A stretch of 64,000 bases of DNA from Antedon mediterranea (taxonomy: Eukaryota; Animalia; Echinodermata), in the NCBI RefSeq assembly GCF_964355755.1, contig NC_092679.1, positions 5,548,201 through 5,612,200 of the forward strand. The letters are read 5' to 3'. Positions 1 through 13,044 of this stretch are shown here, one piece after another; the stretch's first letter is position 1; each line of letters opens with the position of its first letter. The notes beneath the pieces are model-generated. The model worked only from the letters and a program-made list of their open reading frames with translations. It was not told where the DNA came from and did no database searches. The position numbers and the translations under genes are program-made.

Positions 1-1203
1 ATCTTCTTTACTTCATTTTATATCCATTAACAGATAACTCTGATGTAACACAATCGAAGCATGCTTTTTAGCATATCAGAAACAACTAATGGTTACATCC
101 TAGGAATGATATAAACATATCTCTAATAAGATTCTCTATATGAAAATATCATACAACTACAGTATTCTAGTTGGCATAGATTAAACACGCACAACAAACT
201 ATCTACATATATATGCTAGGTTAGCATTTAAGCATTAGTACTAATTGTTTTAAAGATATATTGTCCACCTGAAAAAATTATATTTTAAATTGTTGTTGTT
301 GTTGAATGTGCCATTTTAATGTCACATAATACTAATATTTATCCATTTAAAAAAAAATTTGAATCAAAAATTGAATTTAAAGCAAAAAAAATAGTCAAAT
401 TAGCTGCCAGCAAATGGGTTTTGGTTGAATTTAATTTTTTTTTTTTTCATTATAATTATGAAAAAACATTATTTTTTTTATTTTATTTTTTTTTACAGTT
501 CAAGCGATTAACTTGATTAAACTACAAGATAACCTATTCGAAGTCTGATTTAATTAATTGTAATTTTTTATATTGGGGGGGGGGGGAGGGGTGGTGGACA
601 ATACATCTTTAATGTTACTATCTTTTAGTTTATTTAGCTCAAATATGTCATTTTCGATCATATACTGTACTTTCTACACTGTAGAATTAATATATTCATT
701 TTTTATGTACGCCACTCTAAATACAAGGGATAGAATATGCATATTTACTGATATTCAGTCATTTGACTCAAATATGTCATTTTGATTTATGTAAAATAGA
801 ATTAATATAACAATTTATGTGTTAAGAGTTTAAGCCACCATGAATACTAGTGATTTATTAAGCATACAGAAACCTGTTTATTTTTATTACATGTAGATTA
901 AAAATATTGAGTATACATAATTTAAATACATTACACGTTAAGCATTATAATTCATGGATGAACCGGATTGGTATTCAGATAATGTAGATAGTGTATTTTT
1001 TATATATCTAGGTTAATCCATTACTTATATTGATGGTAATCAAATTGAAAACTATTACTAATATATAAACTTAATATTACCTAACACTTAGGTCTACTAA
1101 TTCCTGTAGAGTATATGTATATATATATTATACTCTATCTATTAATACAATAATGTATACATTTAAAATATGTACATTACACTACAGATGTATAGTATTT
1201 TAC

Positions 1204-3658
1204 CTGAGTCATCACTGTCCTCAAGGCAGGTTTGCGTTGATGAGGTATCCAGGTCAGTTGTCGTAAGGTCATCTGCAATCGTTTCCATACTGTCCGTTAG
1301 ACTACTTACGTCGTCGGAAGATTGGCCAGAAGTATTATTGTCCAATAAATTAACGATTGAGCATTCACTCACCTATGATATTTATAAAACAATGAGTTTT
1401 ACTTACAATGAGAATAGATGATACCATTATTATTGTTCTAAATTACATACACCTCAAAATAATAATCATCAAAAAAGCTTAAATTTGTAAGCTCTGTCTA
1501 TACTATCCAACTTCATGTGGCAAAAAAATGTGATGTGCCCATATATGGACATGATAATGTCATATCAATACCATATTTGGGCATATCACTACTATATTTA
1601 GGTACATATACACACTTTCTTTGTCAAACAAGTTTAATAGTGTAGACAGAGTTTTAGTTTGTACTTACAGCAGGAGTGTTTGTGAGCTGAGGGAGCTGTA
1701 CAGCTTCAGGACACTGGATGCTACTGTAACAAATACAGAATACATCAACAGCTACAATAAACATTACTATGTAAACTCATACATTATAAAACATGTCTGA
1801 CGACAAACAAATAACACCCTCAAGCTTGTATCATCGAAACACATCATTTAAATTTGAAGCGTGTCAATACCTAAAACCCTAAACTGCCTACAAGCATAGG
1901 CAATTTATATGCATGATAAACTAGGACTATACTGTTATGCTGCAACAATCTGCCACAAGCCTTAAACCAGCCCACACGTATTACTACTCAAACCCCCTGC
2001 TTGAATAGAAAAAGCCATTTATCATCCGTGTTGCATAAAATATTGACTTCTACCTTTAAATTTAAATAAATAAAGTTATAAATAAACATTTTATTATACA
2101 CAAATCATGTTTTTTTATTATTTATATCTATTCTGCTCAGTGAATAAATGTGTTGGTAAAAAAAATTTTTTTTTTAATCGTGTGAATATGTTTTTAATCC
2201 TATATACCACATTCAATTCAAATACTTTTCTTTTTTCTTATGCAAATTTAAACTTAATCTATTGAAGTCACTGTGCTCACTACAGTTCCTCACACCTAAG
2301 ATGTACAGTTGCTACAATTAACTGGTAAAAACCAGGAAGTTAATTCATTAGTTACTCCCTAAATTAATCTCTTAATTAAAAACTCTCTACTTCAGCTACC
2401 TACCTCAAATGGGCAGCATGTGCATCTTTATTGTCTATCAAATCTTGGCACTCTGGTTCTGATTCTTCTATTAGCTTCAAGTGACCTCTGCTGACTGACA
2501 TTGCACCTGTAATAAAATGATAATTTTGTTAGATATTAATAATCATAATATACTCTGAAAAAGCCAATTATTCCTTCCTAGAAAAAGAATTTTCAATGTG
2601 ATTGCACTGTTTTGACAAAATTCTGGCACACTGGTAGCACTTAGGATTTGAACCCAAGAACTTAGCATTGGCAAGCAATTAGCATTTTAATTTCTAAGCT
2701 GCAGTGTCACCATTTTTAAACACATGGACCTATGTAGATTAATCAATTTACACAGACAAGCAGTAACGGGGTAAGCGGAAAAAACAGCATAGCTGGTCCC
2801 ACATAGAATCTGTATCTATCCTGAGTGGAAACCACCCGCAGTGTGTAAATGGTCATAAGGAATAACATAGATTCTATATTTTTATTACCGTTACCACTCT
2901 GTTCTGTGTAAATTGGCCTTTAGAGTTCATTCTGCCAATTACGTTGATTTTTATTTATACCTTTTTTCTTGTGGAAAGGTGATCCTATTCTCTTGCCTGC
3001 TACTTTAAGTGTTGGTTCATCATTACTAATATTCTTTAATGGACGAGCATGCTTTGCTTTTCTAAATAACAAATCAGATATATTTAGTGGCTTAAAAAAT
3101 CAATTAAGATTGGTATGTTGATTCAAGTACATCATGTTCATTAATATTCTTCTCGCGTAGAGAGCTGAACCTACTACATACTGTTAATAAAAAATGATTA
3201 AATAATGCATTGATATGTAATACCTTTGAGAGAGAGAGATAAACCGGTCATCATCAGACCAAGCTTCAGGGTACATCCTACTCCGCAGAAAACGAGGTCG
3301 TTTAACTGTTAAAATATTAAATATATAATTTATGGTGTATAGAGAACTACAGTAGAAGTTGGGTTCAACTTTAAAAGCAAGTAGATTATTACATTCATAA
3401 TTTTTTTTTTTTTTCTTTATTCATTTTCTTTAGAAACATTTTATTACTATAGATAGTAGGCTATCATTTCATATTCTAAACATCATAGGCCTACAGTTTA
3501 CACTATGATGAATTATTAATATTAGTAATGTGTTCACCTTGTTGTACTGGGTTGGTTGTTTTTAATCCTGTTGGTACAAACTTGTCATCTTTCCAAATTC
3601 TAACTGTTTTTCGAGAATATGTTTTAACAAACAAGTTTCTTTCACTTTTTGAAGTCAT
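1204..3658 (-). CDS. 5' part of a multi-exon gene with a low-complexity N-terminus, possibly haspin kinase; continues beyond the window start
   Basis: Six phase-compatible GT-AG exons: 3658-3538, 3305-3224, 3061-2961, 2506-2404, 1723-1669, 1372-1204. They translate as MTSKSERNLFVKTYSRKTVRIWKDDKFVP...VKRPRFLRSRMYPEAWSDDD...SSDDVSSLTDSMETIADD. The LFVKTYSRK start resembles the haspin N-terminal LFRTYG/KTYGKR motif. No catalytic domain lies in the window, so the identity is tentative although the gene structure is solid. Confidence 0.6.
1490..1652. mobile_element. ~165-200-bp MITE family A (PIF/Harbinger-like); other copies at about 6790-6951, 10981-11115, 30985-31185, 50634-50800, 59826-59991
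   Basis: TIR GCTCTGTCTACACTATCAAACT / AGTTTGATAGTGTAGACAGAGC; internal TGTGATGTGCCCATATATGGACATGAT; TAA/TTA-type flanks. Confidence 0.85.
2740..2922. mobile_element. MITE family C; second copy at about 62120-62263, fragment at about 10495
   Basis: TIR (GGC)CAATTTACACAGAC..GCAGTAACGG / CCGTTACC..CTGTGTAAATTGGCC. Confidence 0.75.
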
Positions 3659-5550
3659 TTTGTCACTTAATTTCTAAACTGTACAAAAACAAAAATGCCT
3701 TCTTTATGTTAAATAAAAATGCATTCAACAGGTATGCCCAAATATAGGCTAATATCATGGAGATACCATATTTGCATAGGCCTACTAGTATTGTTAGGCC
3801 TCTAGGCTTACCTACCTTTTGTAATATTAATGAATGGCAATGTTTTAGATTTCAAACAAGAAAAACATGAGTCAAGTCTACTGACACTGTTCTGTAGCCT
3901 AGGCTAAAAATAAACCTTATTTAATAAAGCAATAGTATGCCTAACTTACTAACCTATACTCAATACATCTAGCTAGACCCAGTAGGCTAGCTCTGCTGCT
4001 ACTACTAGCCTAGCTAGGCCCTATGAGTGCTGAGTGAGTCTGGAACGCAAAACCAACAACCCGGCGCCCGGCCAGCCAGTCTGCTCTGACTATTCAGATG
4101 GCTAGGCCTATTCTATTTCGATCTTATTGGCATTAACTTACTATAAATATGCCGGGGACCGGGAGAATACATTTATTTTTGCAGTTACCAATCTCTGGAT
4201 ACCTAGACCTATCTCGAAATTAATTAATTTTTGGAAAATAAAGCTGATCGTGTCTCCACCACCCACACGTCACAACACACACACGTCGTACGCAGAGCAG
4301 CAGCAGAGTTTGGCTCAACTTGTTTTCTTTATATACGATTGGACGATTCTATTCCTATATGTAGGGGGTACGTTCTATAGATGTTTTAATCTTTGAGAAA
4401 AAGCTTTATATTGTCTGCAAACATCGGATTTACAAAACATTTTTTTAATTTAATTGATATATAAATTAACAATTATTCTATAACAATTAGATTTCTCTCT
4501 TTTATTCTATATGCTTTGTTCTGGAACTACCTCAAAAACTTTTTGAAACAATCTGAAAGGAAAGTCCAATCGTCTGCTTTTAAATAGCGCCACCATCGGT
4601 AAAATCATATCAAAACTTTTCTGAGCATATCATCTGCGCATGCAAACCCACGTTGGTTTCCTCTCCTCTCTCTCTCGGCCCCGTGTGTGTATAGAAGGCC
4701 AGAGTATTCTATTTCTCAGTGGTGGTAAGAAATCACTTTTACTGAAAAAGAATTTACCAGAAGGAATACAATTTTAAATTATAGATAAACAAGATCTAGG
4801 CTAGGCTATGGGTCTACCAAAAAGATAGGCTCATAATATTATTATTATTGCATAGGCCTAGGCCTAATAAAAGATTAATTAAATTAAGGCCTAGAGGGCC
4901 TAGCCTAGCCCTAGGTAGGGCCTAGCTAGGCCTAGGTAGTAGCTAGGCCTAGCCTAGCTAGAGTAGAGGGCCTAGCTAGCTAGCTAGCTAGGTTGAATAG
5001 AATTAAGACCTAGCTAGCTAGGCCTAGATATTAGGGCTAAGGGGGCCTATGCTTAGGCTAGAGAGAGTAGTTGGGGGCGCTAGCTAGGCCTGTAGCCTAG
5101 CTAGCTAGGCTCACTCAGGACCTAGACTAGCACTGCTAGTCTAGGTCCTGAGTGAGGACTTAATTCTTAATTCTTAATTTAATTCTGTCTATGATATGCC
5201 TAGATAAGCTGCTAGTAGCAGCTTATCTAGGCATATCATAGACAGTTATTAATAAATTAATAATATTAATACTAATAGATAGGCCTCTACTGTAGGTGGG
5301 TACTCTTTTAATTAATAATTATCAATAGTAAATATAGGCCTATGAGTATAGGCAAAGTATAGGCCTAGGACTCTCTAGGCAGTGTATATAGGGTAGGCCT
5401 AAGTATTACTACTAGACTACTAATATATCTATTATAGCGTAGGCCTATTACTTAGTATTTAGTAATACTATTAATTAGTTTAGCACTGACATTGTTTATT
5501 TTAAAAGATAATAACATCATTAGCAATGTCCCTTTTTATTATAGAAAATA

Positions 5551-6318
5551 ATGACTGACTTAAGAAGACAGACGATCTTGAATCAATCCGGCCATTCACC
5601 TTTTCAATCAGTTCCATATTCACCAGTAATCATGCCAACTAGAAGGTGGTCCTCACCAGCGGCCACTGTACCAGATTGGTCATCAGAAGACAAGAACCGT
5701 ATGGATGCCATATTACTTTAATACCACAGTCAATATGTTGACGTCAATTATAATAATAGACCTACAATAAATAAAAGCAAACCTTTTAAAACCATGGCAA
5801 AATATGGATATTAATTTCAATAATACGGTACTAATATTATTAAGACATTGTTAACAATTATGTTGTATTTATATTCATTTTTTTAAACAATTATACGTTT
5901 TTTAAAAAGAAAACTCGTTTGATCGAAATGTACCTCAGACTCCAATAAGTGTCACAAGCGCTTCCGATTTCCCGCCAACTACCCCGAAGATAGCCTCTAC
6001 ACCGCCAGGTACCGATTGTCAGCTACGAACACCAATGGTAGCCTCTACACCACCAGGTACGCTTTCTTAGTTTTTCGTTTTAAATTTTTAGAAAATATAA
6101 TTATTTTTATTATACTATAGCCTAATTGTAACTACTAATACCGTTTTTTAGATCAGCTAGTTCCTAGTACACCCATAGAGTACAGATTGTCCAGCAAAGT
6201 CCAACCATACTCAACCTCGAGACCAAATCGAAGCATTGAGCCATCACCTGTAGCAGATACAGGAATTCGGCAGTCAAATCTATTCGATGGAGATGACGAC
6301 GACATTTTCCCAACGTAA
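5551..6318 (+). CDS. Orphan 153-aa S/T-P-rich, probably disordered protein (3 coding exons)
   Basis: Exons 5551-5698, 5910-6056 and 6152-6318 join in phase 1/1 through GT-AG introns with no stop. Protein: MTDLRRQTILNQSGHSPFQSVPYSPVIMPTRRWSSPAATVPDWSSEDKNQNSFDRNVPQTPISVTSASDFPPTTPKIASTPPGTDCQLRTPMVASTPPDQLVPSTPIEYRLSSKVQPYSTSRPNRSIEPSPVADTGIRQSNLFDGDDDDIFPT. An acceptor at 5544 and a candidate 5'UTR donor at 4725 are present. Not in the ORF track. Confidence 0.6.
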
Positions 6319-7722
6319 CTATCTTCACGAACAAGCCTATCATGAAGTTGTAAATGGAATTTTTTTCTAACGTTTTATGCAAAGTTCTGTTACACCACCT
6401 AACCGTTGATAACATCTCACACAGCATTACATAATTATGTTTTAATTGTTTTTTTGTATATTAATGAAATATGTTCAAACGTATACGTTGTCAATAAATT
6501 TTGTTTGACGAAATAACGCTTGTTCTGAATTCCACATCTGATGGATGCGTTGCCATGACGTCACAACTGTGATTAAGTACCGACCTAGATGGTGAACTAC
6601 GATGGTCTGTCTGTCGCCCTGAAGATTCTGTTCTTGGGTTCGTGTGAATTACTAATTATAGGCCTATTTATCACGAAATACATACTACCGCGGTGGATCA
6701 TCCTTCCGAAATGTCGCTTGTGATTGGTCAACCCACTACTTTCGTTGCGTCCTAGTGGGAACCAAGCTTTAAAACATACACTACTTTAGGCTCTGTCTAC
6801 ACTATCAAACTTTATGTGACCAAAAAATGTGGTGTGCCCATATATGAACATGATAATACCATATTACTACCATATTTGGGCATATCCCCAACATATTTGA
6901 GAACATTAAAATCTTCTTTAACAAAACTTGTTTGATGGTGTAGACAGAGCTTCACTCTATAGCAGGTAGAACCAGGGAAGAGTTAATCCCTGGTAGAACA
7001 TACAAGTTATAACGTTAGAGGCCAATTAGCCACACTGATTAGTCTTTTGATTAGCTTAATTATTGAGCTTAAACGACTTCCTCTCTGTGTCTTTCTATAA
7101 CTTTGTTATCAATATTTGCGTCATATATTTTGTGTATAATTGACCTTTGTTTATTCATTCTGCACTCATTTGATAAATATTCCTCGAAATCTTAATTTTA
7201 ATAAGTAAATCATCGTTCATAATTTATTTCAAACACTTTCCGGAACGACTCTAATACAAAAAGATAAAATCTTTTGTTTCCTCTCAGACGAGGTAATTGA
7301 ATGGCATTAGTGTAGTAGAATAGGACAATAGTGACTGGTAAGAACAAGCTATTTATTATTACAATCAATTAGAGCAACGTGTGAGGCTAGACACTATTAC
7401 TAGTCTGGCAGGGAGGGGTAATAAAAGGACAACTCGGACAAATAATTCATCATTCGGAAGATCGTTCCCAACCAGTTTAGATTACTTGAAACCTGCGTGT
7501 TATGATCAGCAACATTTACTGGTTGTTACGACGTTGTATTCCAGTTCAGTCAGCATCAATAGAAGACTTTTTCATGCACGTTTTGTAATTTGTAAACCAC
7601 AATTGGAAGTATACGCAGTTTCATCGTTTGACATATTTTTGGTTCTGAAAAAAGAGTTCATAACAATAGAAGACATACATTCGAATAATTAATAGTTTTT
7701 TAACAATCTAATCTCGCTCGCG

Positions 7723-9798
7723 ATGTATTTACAACTAGTGTTATTGATAATCACATTGTATTACATTGAAGCGATGTATGTAGTGCCATCTCTAACAGAC
7801 GTCACAGAAAATTACTTCTCGGTTAAAGATATCGTGGTACCAGTCGAATTAAAAGAGAAATACGAACAATTGAAGAAAACGGAAGGAATGAAACTGAATC
7901 GAAAAAGACGAACGGCTCCCTACTCGAAAAATATGATTGCAAAAACTGTCCATAAAAATCCAGGTACGTACATATTACTATTGTTACTCTTAAATAAAAC
8001 GGATTCGTAGAAATACCGCATCTATTTTTTTATAGCTAGTTTTATTGCTGAAAATTACTGTTTCATTGGAAATTAATCATAACTCTTTATTTCACAGAAA
8101 TGGTAGGTCATGTTGAGCATTTATCGTCAAACAAAATGCTATTTACCTTTGATTTTGCCGACCGTCTTCCCGTGGGTAGTGAAGTGATGTTAGCAGAATT
8201 TAAAATTTACAAAGAGAGGCCGAATGAATCGCGTCATCATCGAACGCAGGGAAACGCGTCAACACATCATAACGTGTACCAATCGGTAATCAACGTCCAA
8301 CAGATACTTGACAATCGTGGCGGCGGTGAAAACTTTACAGAAAGTGATGTCGTTACAGTTGACTCTCGGTAAGTTAATTAATTAATTAATTTTAGCTTCG
8401 AGCTCGTAGCCAGGGGTTCTGGCGTTAGAAAGACCCCTCTTTGCTGAGTGAACTTTTAAAACTACAGACCAGCGATTTTTAGCCAATCCTGCCTACCAAG
8501 CCAGCCAATGCTAGGCTAGACATAAATCTATCTTTTCTTCAGTTGCTCATATTCCCATTTTGTACGGAAAAGTAACACGAGTCATTCGATGGAATAACCT
8601 AGATACAGCCACTATTAATGTTAAATCAATTAAACTTTTTAGAAGAAATATGAAAATGCAATGTTTATCAAAGTATCAGTCAGATGACTGATAATTATTT
8701 GCGCAATCTTTAGTTTTTTAGTATTTTATATTGGTTTGTTTTCTTTTTTGTTGTTTCTTTTTGTTTGTTTTTTTTTTTGGGTCATTATGAGACAAGTATT
8801 TTTACTTCTAATCTTGATCCCCTATTTATGGTCTTTTGTTTATCATTAATTGATTATAGGCCTATTGTATGTATTTTGTTTACATCTGTATTGTTATACA
8901 TTAATGTATTAATCTGACCATATTTACAAATAAATATATTGAAAGCAAAAAACAAAAAAAACACCCTGTAAAAATCCTGGATACGGGCTTGAATGTTTTT
9001 AGTATGTAGGCCTATTCGTAGAATTCAAAGCATTTAATAATTAGAAGAGTCTGACCAACAATAATTCTTGTTACAGTGTTTTACCATTGAATACAAGTGG
9101 ATGGAAGATCTTTGACGTCACAAAGACAGTACAATATTGGATAGATAACCCGAATCTAAACTTCGGTCTTCAATTCGAGATTTTACCAACGAATCCTACC
9201 GAACATGCCCAAAGGATTGCCGACAGAACCCGATTCGGGCCACAAGACTCGCCTGATACTACGTCTGGATTGCCTATTTTAGTCGTTTACACAATAAAGA
9301 GAGCCCCAAAGTAAGTACTATATTATGGAGTGTTTTGTTTAGTGCAAACTTTAGTGCAACTTTACAAAAATTATTAATTATCCTGTATAAATTATTAATA
9401 GCGCCTTTTTATATTGGTATACACATTATAATTACTTTTTCCTCTGTTTTTTTAGAAACGAACCACAACATTCTGATTGCGTAGATGGTTTGGAGACGAA
9501 TACTTGCTGCCGACGACCGAAGTTCATCGACTTCCGAGGTACGGAATGGTCCGACCGATGGATCATCGAACCGCAGGGCTACGACGCGTTCGAATGCGTC
9601 GGACCGTGTACCGCACATCGCGTACGAAACGGACGGGATTTACTCGATATGTTACGTACGCCTAGAACTGTGTCTTGTAAGCCGTCAAGGACGTCACCGT
9701 TACCTATGATGTACATGGTGAATAGAGACGGTGCTGCCGAAATAGTTGTTGAAAGTATTCCCAATATGATCATTCAAGAGTGCCAATGTCGGTTATAG
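7723..9798 (+). CDS. lefty: Lefty/antivin (TGF-beta superfamily Nodal antagonist), 4 exons
   Basis: Exons 7723-7963, 8098-8368, 9077-9310, 9456-9798. Signal peptide; two prodomain convertase sites (RKRR, RHHR); DSRVLPLNTSGWKIFDV motif. The mature domain CCRRPKFIDF..WSDRWIIEPQGYDAFECVGPC..SCKP..SPLPMMY..PNMIIQECQC lacks the dimerisation Cys and has a short alpha3 region, both diagnostic of Lefty. Confidence 0.93.
8399..8991. mobile_element. hAT-like MITE in Lefty intron 2
   Basis: CGAGCTCGTAGCCAGG...CCTGGATACGGGCTTG imperfect inverted termini. Confidence 0.5.
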
Positions 9799-11182
9799 AC
9801 AATTATTGTATTTAATAATAATTATTAACTATATCATAATATGGTATATTTGCATCGGTAGATCCGGGGTTGGGGTGACTACAATATAGAGTATGCTTTG
9901 TTCTGTCCAGCTGTTTACCATGTTTAGGCCCAACAAATCCTGGATACGCCACTGACTTGGGGATGGGTGGGGGCGGATCCAGGATTTTGAAATAGGGACC
10001 GCGTATCCGTTTATGTTAATGCAATTTTATAATCAAGCCGATAATACCATAATTAAAATAACATTATAACACTGCCCACGCCTTCCAAATAAAAAAAAGT
10101 TTAGGCCTAATATAAAAATAATATTGTAAATGCTGTAAATAGTATTGTACCATACTTTTATGTTTATGTTGATAACTTAAATGTGCTTTATAGTAATATC
10201 TCTTCATGTTATAATCCGGTTACCAAAACGTTGATATAGTTGCAAATTATTTGTTGTGCAAGTTAAATTCTGTTCAGATAATAATGGTAGACATGAGTAT
10301 TATATCTTTGATAACGTTATACGATAGAGAACACCTTTATTACTACATTGTACGTGATGTGTGTTAATGTCGATCATGGCTGACAATAAAATGCCGTTAT
10401 GTAAAACATAATTACAACAAGTTTCGTGTATTTTTTGTTAATAGTTTGATTAGACGAGAGTGCCGTTGTATCACGGAGAAAGTTCTTCCGTAGTAAGGCC
10501 AATTTACACAGACGAGCGGTAATGGTCATACAAATAGAATATATGTTATATGATGACCATTTACACATGCTCTCATTTATATTCATGCCTTCCTTCCCGC
10601 TTGAACAAAGTCCAAATGGTATGTTTTTACCGTATTATATAACGCCTTAATAAATTACTGTCATTTGATTGAACGATTGTGGGTCACATGGCGTTCAATA
10701 GTACGCACGCACTGTGTATTATTTGTAACTGTTTGACTTGAGTCTGCATCACAAACCGGAGTCGGAGATACTGTAGTAATAAAGTATGTATAGCATTTAA
10801 TTGGAAAAAAAGACGTTCTTAAAACTGAACTTTACTTTGTGAACTGCACTGGTTCTCCCCTATTTGCTTCTCTGTTTCAAACAAACACTATTTTATTAAA
10901 ATCACCTTCAAATAATATATACGATTGGATATAAGTGTATGTGTTCCGCCGGTCATCTCCTTCTTGGTACACCGTTACGTTGTCTACTATCATACTAGTT
11001 TGACAAAAAAAAAAGTGTTATGTGGCCAAATATGGTATTGATGATATCATCATGTTGTCCATATATGGGCACATCACATTTTTTTGTCATATAAGTTTGA
11101 TAGTGTAGACAGAGCGTTAAGTTCATGTCTTCCCATTGCCCTAAACAAATCCAAATGAACTACACGAATATTGAAACTATTA

Positions 11183-11922
11183 CCGTAAATCTTCTAATAG
11201 TAACCCACCATATAAGTCAATCTATAATAATAACCCACTACTCTAATAGTAACCCACCTTATAAGTCAATCTATAATAATAACCCACTACTCTAATAGTA
11301 ACCCAAGGGGGTTACTATTAGAGTCACAAAAACTGATGATGCACCCGTATTTTGAAAATAAGGAGATTGGAGATAATGCATGTTGATCTCGGGAGTGGGG
11401 AGGATTGAGTGTTTTGAGCTTATAAAATAAAGTTAGAGTTCAACCAAATTTGTTTATTCGTACTGTTTTACTATTTTACTATGAGTTGCTGACCGGAAAA
11501 GTTGGGGGTGGGTTACTATTTTCAGATGCCTAATTTAAGATTAGTAATTATAGTAACCCACTACTCTAATAGTAACCCCGCTTCTAATAGTAACCCCGCT
11601 TCTAATAGTAACCCCGCTTCTAATAGTAACCTCGCTTCTAATAGTAACCCGCTTCTAATAGTAACCCCGCTTCTAATAGTAACCCCGCTTCTAATAGTAA
11701 CCCCGCTTCTAATAGTAACCCCGCTTCTAATAGTAACCCCGCTTCTAATAGTAACCCCGCTTCTAATAGTAACCCCGCTTCTAATAGTAACCCCGCTTCT
11801 AATAGTAACCCCGCTTCTAATAGTAACCCCGCTTCTAATAGTAACCCCGCTTCTAATAGTAACCCACCCTAAAAAAACAATCAAAGCATTATAACACAGG
11901 GTTACAATTAGAAGATTTACGG
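11183..11922. mobile_element. Tc1/mariner-type MITE carrying an 18-bp minisatellite
   Basis: TA|CCGTAAATCTTCTAAT...ATTAGAAGATTTACGG|TA. Internal (TTCTAATAGTAACCCCGC)n, about 17 copies at 11563-11866. Confidence 0.88.
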
Positions 11923-13044
11923 TAAGTGTGATGTTCGTCGCACGTACTTAGTCCTCCTTTGTTTCTGTCTGTAATATTGAAACCCGTTCAAAAAAAAAAC
12001 TATCACTCAACTATGAAAATATAGTTATGGTGATAGACTTATATAACTTCTTGTAGGCCTATCACCCCATCGAAATTGGATTATTGTGGACACAGTTCAA
12101 TACCCAGAAATGGCTACCAATCATGGTGTCTGATGAAGCATTAATTGCATCAATGAAAAGCTTAACAATTTGCGACCAGCTTAGAAATCCAAAGAATACA
12201 TCCATTTATTACTCACTTGTATTTAATGAACTTACATGAACAAAGCAATCAGAGAGGGACGACTATTTATTGCAAACTCAGACATGAAAATCTACTAATT
12301 AAATAATTAATAAGTAAAGTACTGTAGTTTTATTTATTTTAACTATTTTCAATTTAGAAAAACATCGCGATTTTTATGATGGCGTTTATAGGCCCTAATG
12401 GTAAAGAGATATACAAACAATTATTTACATCTAATGTGTGTTTATTTAACATTTTAAGATTGTCCAGTTGTTCGATAAAATTATTTTAATTAAAGTTCAA
12501 TTAAAATTGGTGTTTCTAAAAATTGTCCTGAAATATGTAAATAATATCTAGTTTCCTATTGTATCAATAATTAAAAAGAGTTTAACTTAACTAAGCCAAA
12601 TACTTCTCAAATTGGAGAAATCTTGCGGTAAATGTTTTTTTCCTAAATCGGCAGAATGGCAGATACAAATAACCAAATACTATAACTGTTTTAAAGTAAT
12701 TTAAAATACTACATGTAAAATACTATTATACTACGTAATGTTTTTACCATTATTAATACTAAACAGGAAATAAATATTTTTTAAATTAAAAATTCTAAAA
12801 TAAATTTTGTAAAAACCATTTCATGATTTTCTTACTAAAATGGAGATTTAATAAATATTATAAAGTTTCTAGCTAATTTTACACTCTGAAAAATGTCAAA
12901 AGATGCGTCTTCTTGCCGTAACTGTCAGTATCGTTTTATTAGTTAATAAATTAACATTATACAAAAACTATTTTTCTTCTTTGTAGTTTTTAACTATTTG
13001 CAGGTACCACCAGTTTTTGGTTTTGTGTGTGTGTGTTAAATGAA

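Noticed and set aside
2632-2712. tRNA gene on the minus strand
   Set aside because: A B box-like GGGTTCAAATCC is present, but the stems and A box are degenerate; most likely a decayed tRNA-SINE head.
9477-9773. Overlapping alternative-frame ORFs in the last Lefty exon
   Set aside because: Shadow ORFs of a GC-richer coding exon.
11502-11894. ORFs with LLIVTP / GVTIRS repeats
   Set aside because: Translations of an 18-bp minisatellite inside a MITE.
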